A DNA stretch of 64,000 bases from contig NC_042999.1 in the NCBI RefSeq assembly GCF_006345805.1, positions 103,602,001-103,666,000 on the forward strand, read 5' to 3'. The stretch is from Octopus sinensis (lineage: Eukaryota). Both the position numbers and the translations under genes were made by a program. Shown here one piece after another: positions 11,238 to 26,669 of this stretch (position 1 is the first letter of the stretch; the number at the start of each line of letters is the position of its first letter). The notes beneath the pieces are model-generated. The model saw only the letters and a list, made by a program, of their open reading frames with translations, was not told the origin of the DNA and did no database searches.

Positions 11238-12417
11238 CATACACACACGCATTCTCGTTCTTTTTCCCTTCTATAAACCATCGCCATCGAAGTTTTGCTT
11301 TGGGAGGTACATCAATAGAATGCAATTTTAGCTAACACCACTCTCTGATGTCACGGCCAGGTGAAGATATTCAAATATATTGATATCAGGCTAATCGATT
11401 ATTGATAATTGGAGAATATTTCCTCAACTTTTATTTTTCCGATTTTTTTTAGCCCATATTCTTTAACTGTATCAAAAAGAACTACTTTAAAGCATGCCAA
11501 ATGATGTTTTAACTGATATTTCCGACCTAGATATGTTTGATTTTTACTCTAAGAATCTCCATTAGTCAGCCATTATATGCTGAATTTTCCCCGCCAACCG
11601 CAGAAGTTTTCAGAATAATAATATACATACACAAATATATATATTAATACAGACACTTGCGTACAAATATAGAATCGCAGAAACAGGCAAGTAGATATAA
11701 TACACATACTCGCATAAAGAAAACCAGCGTGCACATACAAGCATATAGTTGTATGCATCATGTATGACTGTTTATATTTTTCTTATAAAAACATGTATAA
11801 CTTAATTTGTTCCCCACCTGAGGTCTTTGTTCAATAAATACATGTCTGTGTCTAAGTGTGTGTGTTCAAGTGGACATATAAATATGTTCGTGTGATAGTG
11901 AGTGTGAAATGGTGTGTGAGATTGCAGAAGCATTTATTTATGTTTATATTTGTTTAAATTCTGTCAACGGGAATAATTTGTTGTAAACATAACGCATAGG
12001 AATAAAAGTAGAGACTATTATTCTGTATTATATCACTACTATTTTTCTCACTAAATCACAGCTCTTACACCGTGTTAGGCTATTCAGATTGTATAAATAT
12101 CATTCAATGTAGTGTGTATATTTTGACACTTGTTTTCCAGCGTATTAAACTTCATTTCTTCTAGACTCCATCATTTGTAACCGACGTTACAAAACTGACA
12201 CCAAACAAAATTAGCTATATCATTTTCAAATCACACCCTACTGTCATAATAGAAAATATTTGTATCCAGTTATTATATTATTCTAGATACATTATAGCTT
12301 AAATAATAAGACGAGGAGGATGACTGAAATGTCTCTGAACATATGTCTACGGAATCAAGTTTGATCTGAGGTTAAACAATCACGACTGCTCACGTATTAG
12401 GGATGCAGCACTTGTTG

Positions 12418-13207
<790 letters not shown>

Positions 13208-13799
13208 GTTTAATTTTACTACTTTGGGATTCTCTCTATCTTTTGCATCCATCTTTTCTCATTTTCCCTTATATAGCCTTTATTTCCTTGTCGATCTTTC
13301 TTTCTCGCTCCTTCTAATCTCTTTATCAACCTATAAGCATACCTACCCATATATATATTTATTCATCCCTCCGCCTGTTTATCTCTTTACCTAGCCAGTT
13401 TTCTATCTACCTGTCTCTCTCACTCTCTCTCTCTCTATATATATATTATATATATATATATATAACTATCTATGAGTCTCTGTCCGTTCTTCTGATTAAA
13501 TACTTAAAACCAAAGCTAGCGAAGCATCTAGTAACTATTATATTGTTTTCTACCTTGTCATTTTATTCTAACAATGCTGTAAACCGTAGTTGCCTACACT
13601 GAATCTAGGAACGCGTGCGCGCGCTCACATGCACATCTATGCATGTATATATGTAACTATGGGTGTAGAGTATCGTGGATAAATGAAAGAACTACTTGCG
13701 TCGCTAACAACGTTGACCCATAATAATAACTAGCGAGGGTTGCTTGCTAGAAGAAACAATAAGAGGAAAAACAAGTTCAGTTTTACAAAGGAGCAGTAG

Positions 13800-14630
13800 C
13801 AAACGGCAGCGTTGCATATAAGCCCATTAAATTATTGTAAGGACTGCAAGCGGATGCAGCGATACCTTAATGCTGTACGACACGATACGCCTATGGCGTT
13901 GACGATGGGATACAGAGAATTAATTTTGAACCAATCCAGATTTGATTGAAGCCTCGTCGTGATGTTTAGCAGCTAGTGCAAGAACGAAAAGTTTGACGAG
14001 CAATGATGAATACAAGGAAATAACTGATCTCTTCATATTGAAAGCAGGATTTGAGAACATTAAAAGAGTCTAAATAATTATATACATCCTAAAATGTTGG
14101 ATGAAATGAAATTTGAGAATATAAAGAAAATAATTATGCTGTCGGTAAGAACATAGAAGCTGGCTATTGCTGAAAGATTTTTTTTATTATTATTTTGAAA
14201 GAAAATGATTAAGAGAAAGTTAATCTGCAGAGGATGAGCTTATAGAAATGCAACTGAGAGATGGATACTCAAACCTCTTTCATCGGTCTAAAATACTTCA
14301 AACATTTTATAAACGTTTTCTCTTATTGTTGAAAGGTACTCATGTCAGGTAAAATATTATTTCTTTTAAGCAATGCACCATAACAAGTGAACTTAATGAT
14401 TTTCATGTTTTTATGATATATCCCCAATAACACATTTAATGGATCAAGGCGTATTATATAAGTTTTTTTAAACAACTCATACAAAGAATTGACGGAAAAG
14501 ATAAACCGGTGGTCAGAGACTTCTGGAAAATAATCAACGTGATGGGCGCTGTGGATAATATAGATTAACTACGGTTTGAAGTGAATGCCTCTGCTTTGAA
14601 TAGTGTTTAGCAGAACATAATGCCACGCTA
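13800..14630 (+). mobile_element. Degenerate Tigger/pogo-type DDE transposase remnant
   Basis: Broken frames read PNNT..MDQGVLYKFF (14422-14470), DFWKIINVMGAVDNID and EVNASALNSV*QNIMP (14518-14625), plus a TAS-DA-like stretch at about 13845. Confidence 0.75.
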
Positions 14631-16021
14631 CATCTAGGACTGTACTGGTTTTCTACCAGTAGAAAATTTGCATCATGTTTAGCGAAATATTTTGATACTG
14701 GATTTGAATAATGGATAATGTAACTGAGTTACCACAATTCCACAGAGAAAGTTTGTCTCATGAAGAGCTGGTTCCTTTAGAATAAGAGCGAGCAGATGAA
14801 GGACAAAAGGAAGATATAGAAGTTCCGTCCATTCCACTATAGTTGACTAAAGAAATACGATAGCTAAAGGGCTTTCAAGTATTTGCGCATTACTATCCTA
14901 ATTAGGAAGGTAACATGAAAATTAGAAGTGAAGTTCATAATAAATTCAATCCCTTCACCGAACTCTATGAGGTAGGAGATTGCACCCCTCTCCCTTCCAT
15001 TTACTCATACTATTCCTCTCATCAAGTAGCTGTTAGTATCTTTTGTAGTAAGCACCTTCCCACGATATTTTTACATTCTTATATTTCCCTTAAGTATTTA
15101 TTTCTCTTATTGTTTTATCTATAAAAGTTGTTATATTGCATTTTTCCGAAAGAATTCCATCGGCACGGATTTCAATGTATATCACTAGAATCAATGGTGA
15201 AATAGATAATGTACTAATTCTATGTTGCAAAATTTTCAGAAATTTAATGGTTCTCGTGGGTGATGTCTGCATTTCTAGGCTATTATTCGACTTGTCGCAT
15301 TATATTCAAGAAACAAAAGAAAAAAAAAGAAAAGAAAACCGAGAAGAAAATTTCCGCAACTCAATATGCTCACAGAAAGTTTAACTTACAATGCGTAGTA
15401 ATTTGTGCTAGGCTTTAAAGTTTTATTTCTTCGATACTTCGTGACAAAAAAACACTCGACAAAACATGCCGGCAATCTTGTACTTAAGATTCTGTCTAAA
15501 CCCATAATCTTTTGTTTTTCACAATGGCTTTCCAGCAAAACAACACAATATTTTAGCAGGACGATCTTGGATGATACTTCTAGTACTTCAGCCCCGTGAT
15601 ATGAGAAATCATAAACCATGTGATGAAGTAAAAAATCTTGATGCAGTGATCGTCAATTATGTGTTGACGATCGCCGCAGATTCACCGTTTAACAAATTTA
15701 ATGTCACATCTTTACATTTCGTGTTCATTTTCTGTCTTGAGATTCCAAATTGATATGCGTTATCTTCTTCTTTACAGACAAAACAGAGGCTGCAAATTCT
15801 TTACGTATTGTACAATTAAATTAAGAATGTTACTAATTAATCAGTATGCATTTTAGTAGTTTATTTTTGTGTGCTTTTGTCATTAGATTATCAAGATATG
15901 ACAATTAGGCATTATGATTCATTTAAGAAAAGTAGTTAGTTAACGTAACAAAATAAATCAGTGAAAGTAAAGCTGAAAATTGGACCACATCAGAAATTTG
16001 AGTACTGCTCTGAGTGTGTAC

Positions 16022-16054
<33 letters not shown>

Positions 16055-16189
16055 TGCATGTGTGTGCGTGCGCGTATGTTCGCGCGCGCGTATGTATGTA
16101 CAGTGTTTGTTGTATATAGGTTTTTTTTTCCTCTGTTTATATGAGAGTGCCGAAATGATTACGTTTGGATGCATATATGCACAGACATA

Positions 16190-16290
<101 letters not shown>

Positions 16291-16807
16291 ATATATATGT
16301 GCGTGTGTGAGCGTATAACTGTATATAAAAATATAAATATTATATACGTATATATATATATGTGTGTGTGCATTTATATATATATATATGTATACATATA
16401 TGTGGGTATTTTTATCAATATCGATGTATGTATACATGCGTATGTACATGTATGTGTATGTATGTGCGCGTACGTGCATGTGTTAAAGCAAAAATGAACA
16501 TACATTATTCTATTACGTAATACAAGCAGAACCTCAAACAAGTGAAGTTTTACACAAGTGCAATGACAAAAAATAATCAATAGAATATAATATAACAACT
16601 TTGTATAAAACTTACGTTGGAAAGATAATTATTTTCTCTTCACCCACATTTTTATTGTCAGAAGGTTTTCTGCAAAATGATCACCATACATTAATTCCTT
16701 CGTATGTTTTCAACCATTTAAATACATACAAAGTTGTTCTAATTTAATCATTTCGTTTTACTTGTATGCGTTTTTCTTTAACATTTTCTTTAACTTTTCT
16801 TTAACAT

Positions 16808-17235
16808 AGGCGTAGAAGTGGCTGTGTGGTAAGTAGCTTGCTTACGAACCACATGGCTCCGGGTTCAGTCCCACCGCGTGGCACCTAGGGCAAGTGTCTT
16901 CTACTAAAGCCTCGGGTCGACCAAAGCCTTTGAGTGGATTTGGTAGACGGAAACTGAAAGAAGCCCGTCGTATATATGTATATATATGTATTGTGTATAT
17001 GTATACGTTTGTGTGTCTGTGTTTGTCCCCCACCCCACCCAATATCGCTTGACAACCGATGCTGTTGTGTTTACGTCCCCGTAACTTAGCGGTTCGGCAA
17101 AAGAAACCGATAGAATAAGTAACTACGCTTACAAAGAATAAGTCCTGGGGTCAATTTCCTCGACTAAAGGCGGTGCTCCAGCATGGCCACAGTCAAATGA
17201 TTGAAACAAATAAAAGAGTAAAAAAAGTAAAGAGT
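16808..17235 (+). mobile_element. tRNA-derived SINE family A, near full length
   Basis: A box tggctgtgtgg, B box ggttcagtccc, central gcacctagggcaagtgtcttc, 3' ggcggtgctccagcatggccacagtc and A-rich tail; several other copies in the window. Confidence 0.85.
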
Positions 17236-18055
17236 ATTACATCAGTTTTATTTGGTTTCACTTTCTATTTTTTGTCTCCTTGTGGCAGTATTTTGAGTTA
17301 TGTTTCATTTCTTTCTGTTGTCTATTTTCTTTCTTCTCTTTTCAACAAATTTTTAATATTTAATTGTTTTTCAAAACTAAAACTTGTAAATATATGATGT
17401 ATGTATATGTGTGCACGTGTGTTTGTGTGTGTGCGTGTGTCTGCAATCGTATGCATAATTAGGTGTGCAAATTCTGTGAAGACGCGTAATCTCGTACTTC
17501 AGAAGTTGCACACGCGATCGCAATATCATGGTTTCGATTCTCGGTCCAGCAGTGCGCCAAAGCTGTCAATGAGTAACCCATCGACGAACTGGAATGCCGT
17601 CCATGTGTGACATCCATCACTTATACGCCATGCAAACTGGGTAAGCGTCCCTGTAAATCCAAGAACTCGAGACAGTAATTTACTTTTTACATCGAAATTA
17701 AATTATTTGTATTTCAAAACACAGCACACGTCTTTTCTACTGAACAACGTGTATTCAAACCCCAACTAATGTTTAAATTAAATCATTCGAACACATGATA
17801 TTTTGAATTTTAAAAAGCGGTTTCCTTGAATATTAATTATGTGTTTTAAATTTTCTTATTCTACTAGTTACATGTAGGAATTTTAAACAAATTCATAATT
17901 GTTTTATTCTTTTTGCTGTTTGTATTTTTAGATTTATAATCGCTTTCTCACTTTTTATAATGCAATTTCAATCAACAGAACAATAGCATATTTCAGATAA
18001 AATGTATTTAAATATGATTTTATAGTATACATTCCATCTACTTATATATATATAT

Positions 18056-18100
<45 letters not shown>

Positions 18101-18767
18101 TAGTTTCAGCTCAGAGCTGCGGCCATGCTGATGCACCGCCGTCTTATATAGAATTATATAATCATACGTATGTGTGTGTGACGCAATACATCTAGTAAAA
18201 CGACAGGCTCATAATTACTTCGTGTTTACATTTGAAAATTGTGTTCTTAATTTACATACATATGTGCGTGGATGTGTATTAACCGGATCATTCCCACAGC
18301 ATGATTCATAATAGCATCTATCAGAAAGCATACATTGAAACTCATTAGAAAAGCACGTGATTTTTTTGTTTTTGTTTTTAATTGCGATGATAAATTTCAC
18401 CTCGTAGATAAATTTATATATGTCTCTTGCATTGTATTGTGTCTTTAAAATATGCTGCCCAAACCGCCAAGTTCTTCACAGACTTGATTAAACTGCATTT
18501 CATGGGTACTAAAAAATTGCTTTATGCTCTTTCAGAGTCATGTATAATTGCCTGTCTCATATATGTCAAGCTGCTGCTAATGTATATACATGCAAACTCA
18601 TGCACGCATACATATATTCATATACATACCAATACAAACACAACCCACCACGCACACACACATGCGCACACGCAAGCACGCGCACACTCGCAGACACACA
18701 CATATATGTAATGTACTGTTCCTTGATAGTAAGATTAACAAAAAGCACTCCACCCGGTGCGATAAAT

Positions 18768-19013
18768 ATTATCTAATGAACACAGTACGTGTTTTATGTG
18801 CTACTAATAGATTCATGCGCTGAGAACATGCCAAATAATGTTTTATAACACGTCTGACATCTCGGCACAGTCATCAGACGCAGCTCATATGGAATAACGA
18901 ACTATGAGGACTGTGCTGAGATGTCAGACGTGTTATAAAACATTGCTTGGCATGTTCTCAGAACATAAAACTCTTAGTAGCACATAAAAGCACGTATCGT
19001 ATTTATTAAATAA
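18768..19013. repeat. Inverted repeat (18768-18872 / 18909-19013) made of two decayed HHR pseudo-LTRs
   Basis: Arms about 105 bp, visibly diverged; (TA)n on the right; longer tail on the left to about 18712. Confidence 0.85.
18798..18881 (-). ncRNA. Decayed type I hammerhead (GAAA to GAAU)
   Basis: gcgt-CTGATGA-ctgtgccgaga...tctcagcgcat-GAAT-ctattag-TA-gcac. The right-arm partner has AAAA and a damaged 5' core. Confidence 0.65.
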
Positions 19014-19095
19014 TATATATATATATGTGTGTGTGTATACAAACATACACACACATACACTTATACATATACGTGCATACATTCATGTATATGTG

Positions 19096-20256
19096 TTTGC
19101 AGTGCCAGTACTCATACGAACATTTGGGCTGCTTGATTGGACGCTTGACGAGATCCGAGCCATTGATGTGAAAACCGGAAAAAACTAACTAGCGCACATA
19201 ATCAGTGACGTAGACCTCCTCTACCTAAAATGAAAACAAGGTGGCAGAGGCTTAACATCAATCTAAAATGCCTTTGAATGTCGCATCACATCCCTTCGGC
19301 AACATCTTTTAGCCACCAAGTATCGAAGTGCATCCCTTAACCAAGTTTGCATACACAAGGCTGATAACATCATAAGACTTGGAAGGCAGCTCTTTGTCTG
19401 ATACATGCCCAAAGACGTCGCACGATTCTTCCGCAATGATAGGATGTGCCTATATAAGCAGAAGACTATGCATGGATATGTTCGTAGAAAGCTTCGTGTT
19501 GATAGTAACATCGATCATCACAGCAGTTTATCGGCGAATAGCCAGATTATTACCTCCTACATTGAAGGATATGCGTTTGCAATCCAGGAACTGGAAATAT
19601 CAACCAAGTACCTGATGCACAAAGGGGATAGAGATGCAGGAAAAGCCATAAAATGTGACAAAAGCTGCAGACTTTGTGAAGTTCACACTGAAGATATCGC
19701 CCACATCATAAGCAGTTGTCCGAAAATGTCATCACGGTATTATCTACCGATGAGACATGACGTTGTAGCTAGGACACTCTGTAATGAAATCCGTCGAAAG
19801 GATAATCCCGAGGACAAAGAAATAAGAACCCACAATATGGTAGAAGCTATAGCCGCTCATATTAAAAAGGAATACTGGTGGAATATCCCAGTGAAAACCT
19901 CAATAAAATGTAAGCACAACAGACCTGATATAATGATTTACATTAGAGAAGAGAAACTGTGCACAGTTGTGGAAATTAGGTGCCCAGCGGATGTTAGCAT
20001 AAAGTTGAAGATCAGTGAAAAAGAGAACACCTATGCTGATCTATTGAGAGATCTGCAGTTACTCATTCCAGATTACAAGTTCAGGTTTATACCTGTAATT
20101 ATTGGAGTCCGTGGATGTATAACACACTGCCTAAATACCAATCTTGAGGAATTAGGCTTTTGAAAACCAGAAAGGAGAAAACTAATTCGAAGACTACAGA
20201 TCCAATCCGTCACTGGAATTGAAAAAAATCTGTAAAATTTTCTAGAAGTTTATCAT
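19096..20256 (+). mobile_element. 5'-truncated non-LTR retrotransposon with restriction-like endonuclease (R4/Dong-like)
   Basis: Upstream broken frames read FAVPVL..FGLLDW..IDVKT and DVDLLYLK*KQGGRGL, followed by the CCHC knuckle and RLE domain; (CATA)n follows the 3' end. Confidence 0.88.
19405..20163 (+). pseudogene. C-terminal CCHC zinc knuckle + RLE endonuclease ORF of the LINE, with a premature stop
   Basis: CRLC..EDIAHIISSC, RHD, RPDIMI, VVEIRCPAD, EKENTY, FIPVIIG. The frame continues after the TGA as KPERRKLIRRLQIQS. Confidence 0.85.
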
Positions 20257-21031
20257 TTAAATATATATGAGCATGTCTAGATATGCTACTATATGCATGA
20301 GAATGCATACATAAGACATATAAATCTGCATATACATACATACATACATACATTCATACATACATACATACATACATACATACATACATACATACATACA
20401 TACAAACAAAAATACTCTGTTGTTTATATTGAAATTCCAATGAAAGAACGTAGAAAGCGTTTTTTTCTCTATTGGCAAGAAATCTTGAGATAAACTGAAT
20501 AATGACATGCATACATACATACTGAAACAATACTAGATATATTATTTCGCAAATGGCATTTCGGTGGTTTTGATGATGACTATTAAGATGATCGGTCAAC
20601 TGAGTGGCCAAGCCTACTCATTAATTTAACATATAAATAGTTCTTATTCCACATACACGTGTACTCTTAGCATGATTCTCCAAAGTAATCAGCGTGGCAC
20701 AAATGCGACAAATTTTTCTCGTATAAATGTATGAATGTGCAACTGTATCATCGATTATGTGATGACCAAGATCTGTGAACGAGTCTCTGGCGTTACCTTC
20801 GGGAACTACCACCTTACAGACTTACCCCATCCCCATCAAACAAGAGCAGAAAGCAGACAAGAAGAAGTGTGTGTGTGTGTAGTTCACAGATGAGATCCAG
20901 AGATTTTCTGTATAGAAAACACTTTGTAGAGCTCAAAAGATTCAAACTTAGACTCCAATGTCATTACCTGGGATCATTCCACAAGGTAAAGAAAGGTTAT
21001 AAGAGGGATCATGTTGAGCTAGTATAGAGGG

Positions 21032-21435
21032 AAACAAATTAGATACATCAAATATATTAAATATATTAGTTTGTGTATGAAATACAAAATATGTATACAT
21101 GCAAGAAAAAAGGAGAGAGAAAGCAAACGGTGGAGACCTTCAGAAGATGAATATTCTTAGAATAAATATATAGATATTTATATTACTAGATCCAACTTAC
21201 ATAGAGTACGAACGACAGAGAAAATTCCACCCCTTTAATTTTTCCTGCCGTTTGTGATCTGTGTAAATCGGACCTATTAATATAAATATCTATATGTCTA
21301 TACTAAAACAATTCATTATCTGAAAGTCTCCACCCTTTGCTTTCTCTCTTTTTTGTATGTATACATATATATATATATTTTGTATTTCATACACAAACTA
21401 ATATATTTAATATATTTGATGCATGTAATTTGTTT
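21032..21435. repeat. Inverted repeat, arms about 115 bp (21032-21144 / 21319-21435), MITE-like, origin unknown
   Basis: ggtggagaccttcaga / tctgaaagtctccacc and catcaaatatattaaatatattagtttgtgtatgaaatac mirrored. Confidence 0.75.
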
Positions 21436-22165
21436 ATCCGCATTATTGCCTCTCTCTCTTACTCTTTCTCTCTCTCACCACACACACTCACTCACACTCA
21501 CCCACACTCTCTCTCTCTCTCCATAAATATATGTGTATGTGTGCATATATATATATATAATATATATATATATTATATATATATATATATATTATATATT
21601 ATATATATTGAATAAAAAATGAAGTTAACGCAGGTGTAAACAAGTATTTTTACTTTCGACACTGTTTCGAAAATTCCACTGATACTATTCAAAAGAATAA
21701 ATGGTATAAACAATGCAATCTTCTCTGCCCTGGTAACTATTTATTTATTTTTCCGTGTTAATTGTTAACAGGTAAAAATACACTCATCTATATAATATAT
21801 ATATATATATATAATATTATTTATATATATTATATATATATATTATATATATTATATGTTTATATATTATTGTGTTTGTGTGTGTGTGATAGGCAAATGT
21901 GTATGTGTATATGATATTCTGATCAAGATTAACTGTTTGCTTTGTGTAAATCGTTATCTAACAATAACGTAGTTGCTAATTTCATACACACATACACACA
22001 TACACATACGTCTATATATACATATACATATTACATACACGCAGATACAAATATATATGTACTTGTATTTATAATATGCACAGTATACAGTTATGTGATA
22101 TGCTATTAATAGTAAACTATATACATCTGTACATACGTGTATGGATATATATATATATATAATAT

Positions 22166-22197
<32 letters not shown>

Positions 22198-22217
22198 ATA
22201 TATATATATAATATAAT

Positions 22218-22378
22218 TCGAGACAAAAACCACTATTTTAAAACCAAACAAGGAAATACTTAATCAATACATAAAATTTTAATATAAATTAGAATTATAA
22301 TATATAATATTTTACTATAAAATTGGATTTAACCCTAAATCTGATTTTTCCCTGTAATTTTGGATTCATTCCCTAATA
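22218..22378. repeat. Dispersed repeat fragment between (TA)n tracts, related to 62995-63110
   Basis: Shares gaga(c/t)aaaaccactatt and the gggaataaatccaaa...aatccaattttatagta block with the 63-kb copy. Confidence 0.7.
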
Positions 22379-22380
22379 TT

Positions 22381-22429
<49 letters not shown>

Positions 22430-22825
22430 CGTTATATTTATATGTGTACCAAATGTGGTGTACGTGGAGATTCAAGGTTGAATTGAAAGCATATGTACCG
22501 TTATAGCAAATGAGACCGAATGGCATTTGATTCATTGTTGTGTAATCAGTAATCGTCACATGGGAAACGATATATTCGTGTACAGCGAGTTTGTTATCCT
22601 TTTTATCATTACATATTAATTTATCTGAAAATCGTTCGTATAACAAATTTTATCTTTTAAATGCACGCATAGGCGCATACACACACAATGAATAAATACT
22701 TACGTACATGCAGGCATACATATGTGTGTGTGTGTGTGTTTGAATGTGTCTGTGCACGCGCGTGTTTGTGTGTGTATGTATATATGTATATGCGTAATAT
22801 ATGTACATAGGTACATAGTTATCTA

Positions 22826-22876
<51 letters not shown>

Positions 22877-23769
22877 ATGTGTGTGTGTTTGTGTGTGCGT
22901 ACTTTTCTCTGTGTGTGTGTGTTTGTGCGTGTATGTACGTACACACACACACGCATACACATACACACATACCCGATATCCACCACTTTTTCGGTCAAAT
23001 GGGTGACATTTATTTATTGAAATAACGTGCTGTGACTGAATATTCTCCAGGCACGTGTACTCTTAACGCAATTCCCAAGTAGATTCATCGTGCAACAATG
23101 CCTGAGTTTTAATTACACCAACACGCACATGCACATTACATAGGTGCATACATACATACATACATACATACATACATACATACATACATACATACATACA
23201 CAAGTTCTTATACACATAAATACATACATGAAGTTTATATATAGAAATATATCATGATAATATTGACAACTGAACACGTATTCCCATATATATATACACA
23301 ACACAATGTGTTTCATACACAATATATAATTACCTATTTGCATACAATTTTTATGTCGGCACTTTAGTTATCGTCATGAAAATTTTGAATATTCATCTCA
23401 CAAAACGTGTGGATTGGCTTTTTTAATATTTTTTACCTTACTCATTTATTTGGATCGATAAGCACTTTGGAAATTCGCCCTCTCTGATCATAAGATTGTT
23501 CTGTCTGCAGTGATAATATTGTGTTGCCTTCCGATTACCTGTTAGATTCTGCTATAAATTGGGTATGAAGTTAATATGATAATTATGAGAGATAAACTGA
23601 AATATCCCAAATCGTGAATGAATGATTTAGAAAGAAATATCAAATGCGAATTGCTACTTACCTATTAATTTTCAAATAAATCTTTTCTTGATTATTACTT
23701 GATATCAAGTTTCTTTAGCTTCTACGTTCATATTAGATACAGTATATTATTTAATACTTAGGAAATGGA

Positions 23770-24022
23770 AGGCGGAGAAATGGTAGAATCGTTAGGCCGC
23801 TGGGGAAAATGTTTAGCGGCAGAATCGTTTGCACGCCGGGCAAAATGCGTAGGGATAGTACATCCGACGTTCTGAGTTCAAATGCTGCCGGTGTAGACTT
23901 TGCTTTCGTACTTTCGGAGTCCATAAAATAAGTACCAGCTGAATATTGGGGTCGATGTGATCATCGACTAGCACCCCCTCTCCAAAATTACTGGCCTTCA
24001 TCCAAAATTCGAAACCAATATT
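23770..24022 (+). mobile_element. SINE family B with a duplicated head
   Basis: agaatcgttaggccgctgggg followed by agaatcgtttgcacgccgggcaaaatgc; body ctgagttcaaat..ctttgctttc..aataagtaccag. Confidence 0.75.
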
Positions 24023-24302
24023 TAGGAATAAATAATTTGCGGTATTTAGTTACGTTCCTTTAGGTTTTCAGTTCAAATGTAGCCAATAGGATTGACTATA
24101 CATCTCTTCACTAAATTTGTAGCCTTTATGTTCTTCGTTAAATGCTGCTGGGCTAATTTTATCCTCCCTGCTTCTATAATACACCAGTCAAGTACTGGCG
24201 TCGATACAGTGGGCTCTCCCGACTAAATTTATAACCATGTATCTGTGTAAGAAAATCTTAAAAGGGTGGTAGATTGGAAGAATCGCTACAATATTGGATA
24301 AA

Positions 24303-24615
24303 AGGTGCAGGCGTGACTGTGTGATATGAAGCTTGCTTCCCAACCAAATGACTTCGGGTTCAATCCCACTGCGTAGTACATTGTGCAAGAATATAACCTC
24401 GGGCCGACTAAAGCCTTGTGAGTGGATTTGGCAAACAGAAACTGAAAGAATCCTGTCGTGTGTGTGTGTGTGTGGAGGGGGTGTCTTTGTGTCTGTGTGT
24501 GCTTGTGTGTATGTCTTTGTATCTGTGTTAGTCCGTCACCACTGCTTGGCAACTAAATATTCTTGAAGGCAGTACTCCAGCATGGCCGCAGCCGAACGAC
24601 TGAAGCAAGTAAAAG
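24303..24615 (+). mobile_element. SINE family A
   Basis: gcttgcttcccaacc..cgggttcaatcccactgcg..gccttgtgagtggatttgg..ctccagcatggccgcag. Confidence 0.8.
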
Positions 24616-25850
24616 TGTCTCGCAGTTTTTGTTCCTTACATTCTGAGTTCCAATCACACCGATATCAAATCACTTTTCAAATCGCTTTAAAAAAATCAGT
24701 CACATACTGAGATCGATGTAATCGACTTAGTAGCCATGTCCCTATATAAAGAACTATTATTTGGGCGTTAGATTGACATAACTGTGGGTGCGACTAATAC
24801 CTTGAAAATGTCTTGAATCGATTAAAATGCCTTGAAGCGATTGTTCCAGGTCTTCACTAACGGTCTCCCAATCTCACTGAGTCTTCAAGGGTCGATGAAA
24901 TAAGACACCAGTCCAGTACTGGAGGTGATGGAGGTCCTGCGCCTGTATTACAGACCATTACAGCGTGGTGAACAAACAGAATTGAAGCAGATCTATATTC
25001 ACTTATTCCGTTATATCAATTCTTGCAGTGTATACTGTACATTGTTATCAAAACGTTTCCTATAAGTGTTGTGCTGTATTTGGTTTCCCTTTATTAAACG
25101 CAGTTTTACTAAATCGTAGTTAATAAATTTTCCAGGTAACGAGATCTGAGCAAATTCTGTATTCATCCATCGGCAGCACTCATAATCCAAGAAACTTCAT
25201 ACATTTTGTCTTCTCCAAGTTAATCTATACGAGGAGTAGATCTCTGTTTTAACAATATTCATATTTGCTATTCAGAAACGGGATAGAAGTTCTTTGTATA
25301 TGTGTGTTCGTATGCATGTGTACATATGTGTATGCATCCATGTTTACTATCAGGATCCCAATCCCACTTACTCAGGTTTTAAAAAGTCGGTGTATGTATA
25401 TGTTTTCATAGGTATTTATATGGTTTCCCGTTATGCTCCAAAACTTAGCATTTCAACCACTGGAATAAATACTGGTTAGTATAATCGACTCGATCCCTTG
25501 AATCTGGTCTCTTAGCATGGTCGCAATTGAATATCTGGAATAACTAGAACAAAAAATAAAGAAAAAGAAAATGAGACTATTTCGAGACATCACTGCAAGT
25601 TAACCGCAGTAATTTTATACTTACCACTGCCGTTTCTACTGATCTGTGCGAATCGATAATGTAGTTATTCGATGCGGAATGAAACGAATCAATGATACCC
25701 AGTTATCTGGAAGACAGATATAGTACAGCGGCCAAAGCAGAAAAATCTACTGATCTAACAAGCGGACCTCCGTATGGTCATTAGACCTGCTAAAAATAGC
25801 AGCCAGTTATTCTTCAAATCATATCCCTTCCGTCTTTAAAAAGAGGAAAG

Positions 25851-25854
<4 letters not shown>

Positions 25855-25938
<84 letters not shown>

Positions 25939-25955
25939 GTGTGCGCTTGTGTGTT
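25855..25955. repeat. (TG)n microsatellite
   Basis: Long, near-pure TG tract. Confidence 0.95.
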
Positions 25956-26626
25956 TATGTGTGGGTTCGATATGTTTAGTTCACTCATTCAATAGAATGT
26001 TAGTAGGTTTTTAAGTTTTGGGATTTTTAGGGTAGCAGTGTCCATTTAGATATTTCTCTATTTTCTGTTTTATTTTTAATTTCTCTCTTTTTTAGTTATA
26101 AATATCAATTTATGTTTGAACTTTGATGTTTGTATCTGAAACAATAAGCCGCTGTTGATGTACTGGACGTATTGTGTAATGGTTTGCTCCCGTTTCTTGT
26201 CTATTAATCCCTCAGCAAAACTTATGCTTTTAACGCTGTTGACACTGCTCGAGTGCTGAAACCACAATGATGTCCGTTCGACAGCTGATGATGGAATATA
26301 TGTGTTTGTTAACGGGAAATCTTTTGTATCTTGTTCTCTTGTGGTTCTACGTTGTCCTAGATTGAAATAGTAGTTTCCAAAGTGCTAACATTTTTAGGAG
26401 CTCTTGATCCTTTGTCCATGGTAGTTTTGTTGTATATATTATACTATAAGTGGGGAACACGTGATTGTCCTTCTTAGAGATTCTAATTCTGGTAGGGTAT
26501 CGGCTGTTTCGGAGTTTCTGGTTTATGGAGATTTTGTTGCACAAAAACTCACACACACGCACACACATATGTATGTGTATACATATATATGAATATGTGT
26601 ATGTGTGTATATATGTCTGTATATAT

Positions 26627-26669
<43 letters not shown>

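Noticed and set aside
26285-26310. CTGATGA
   Set aside because: No GAAA or closing helices.
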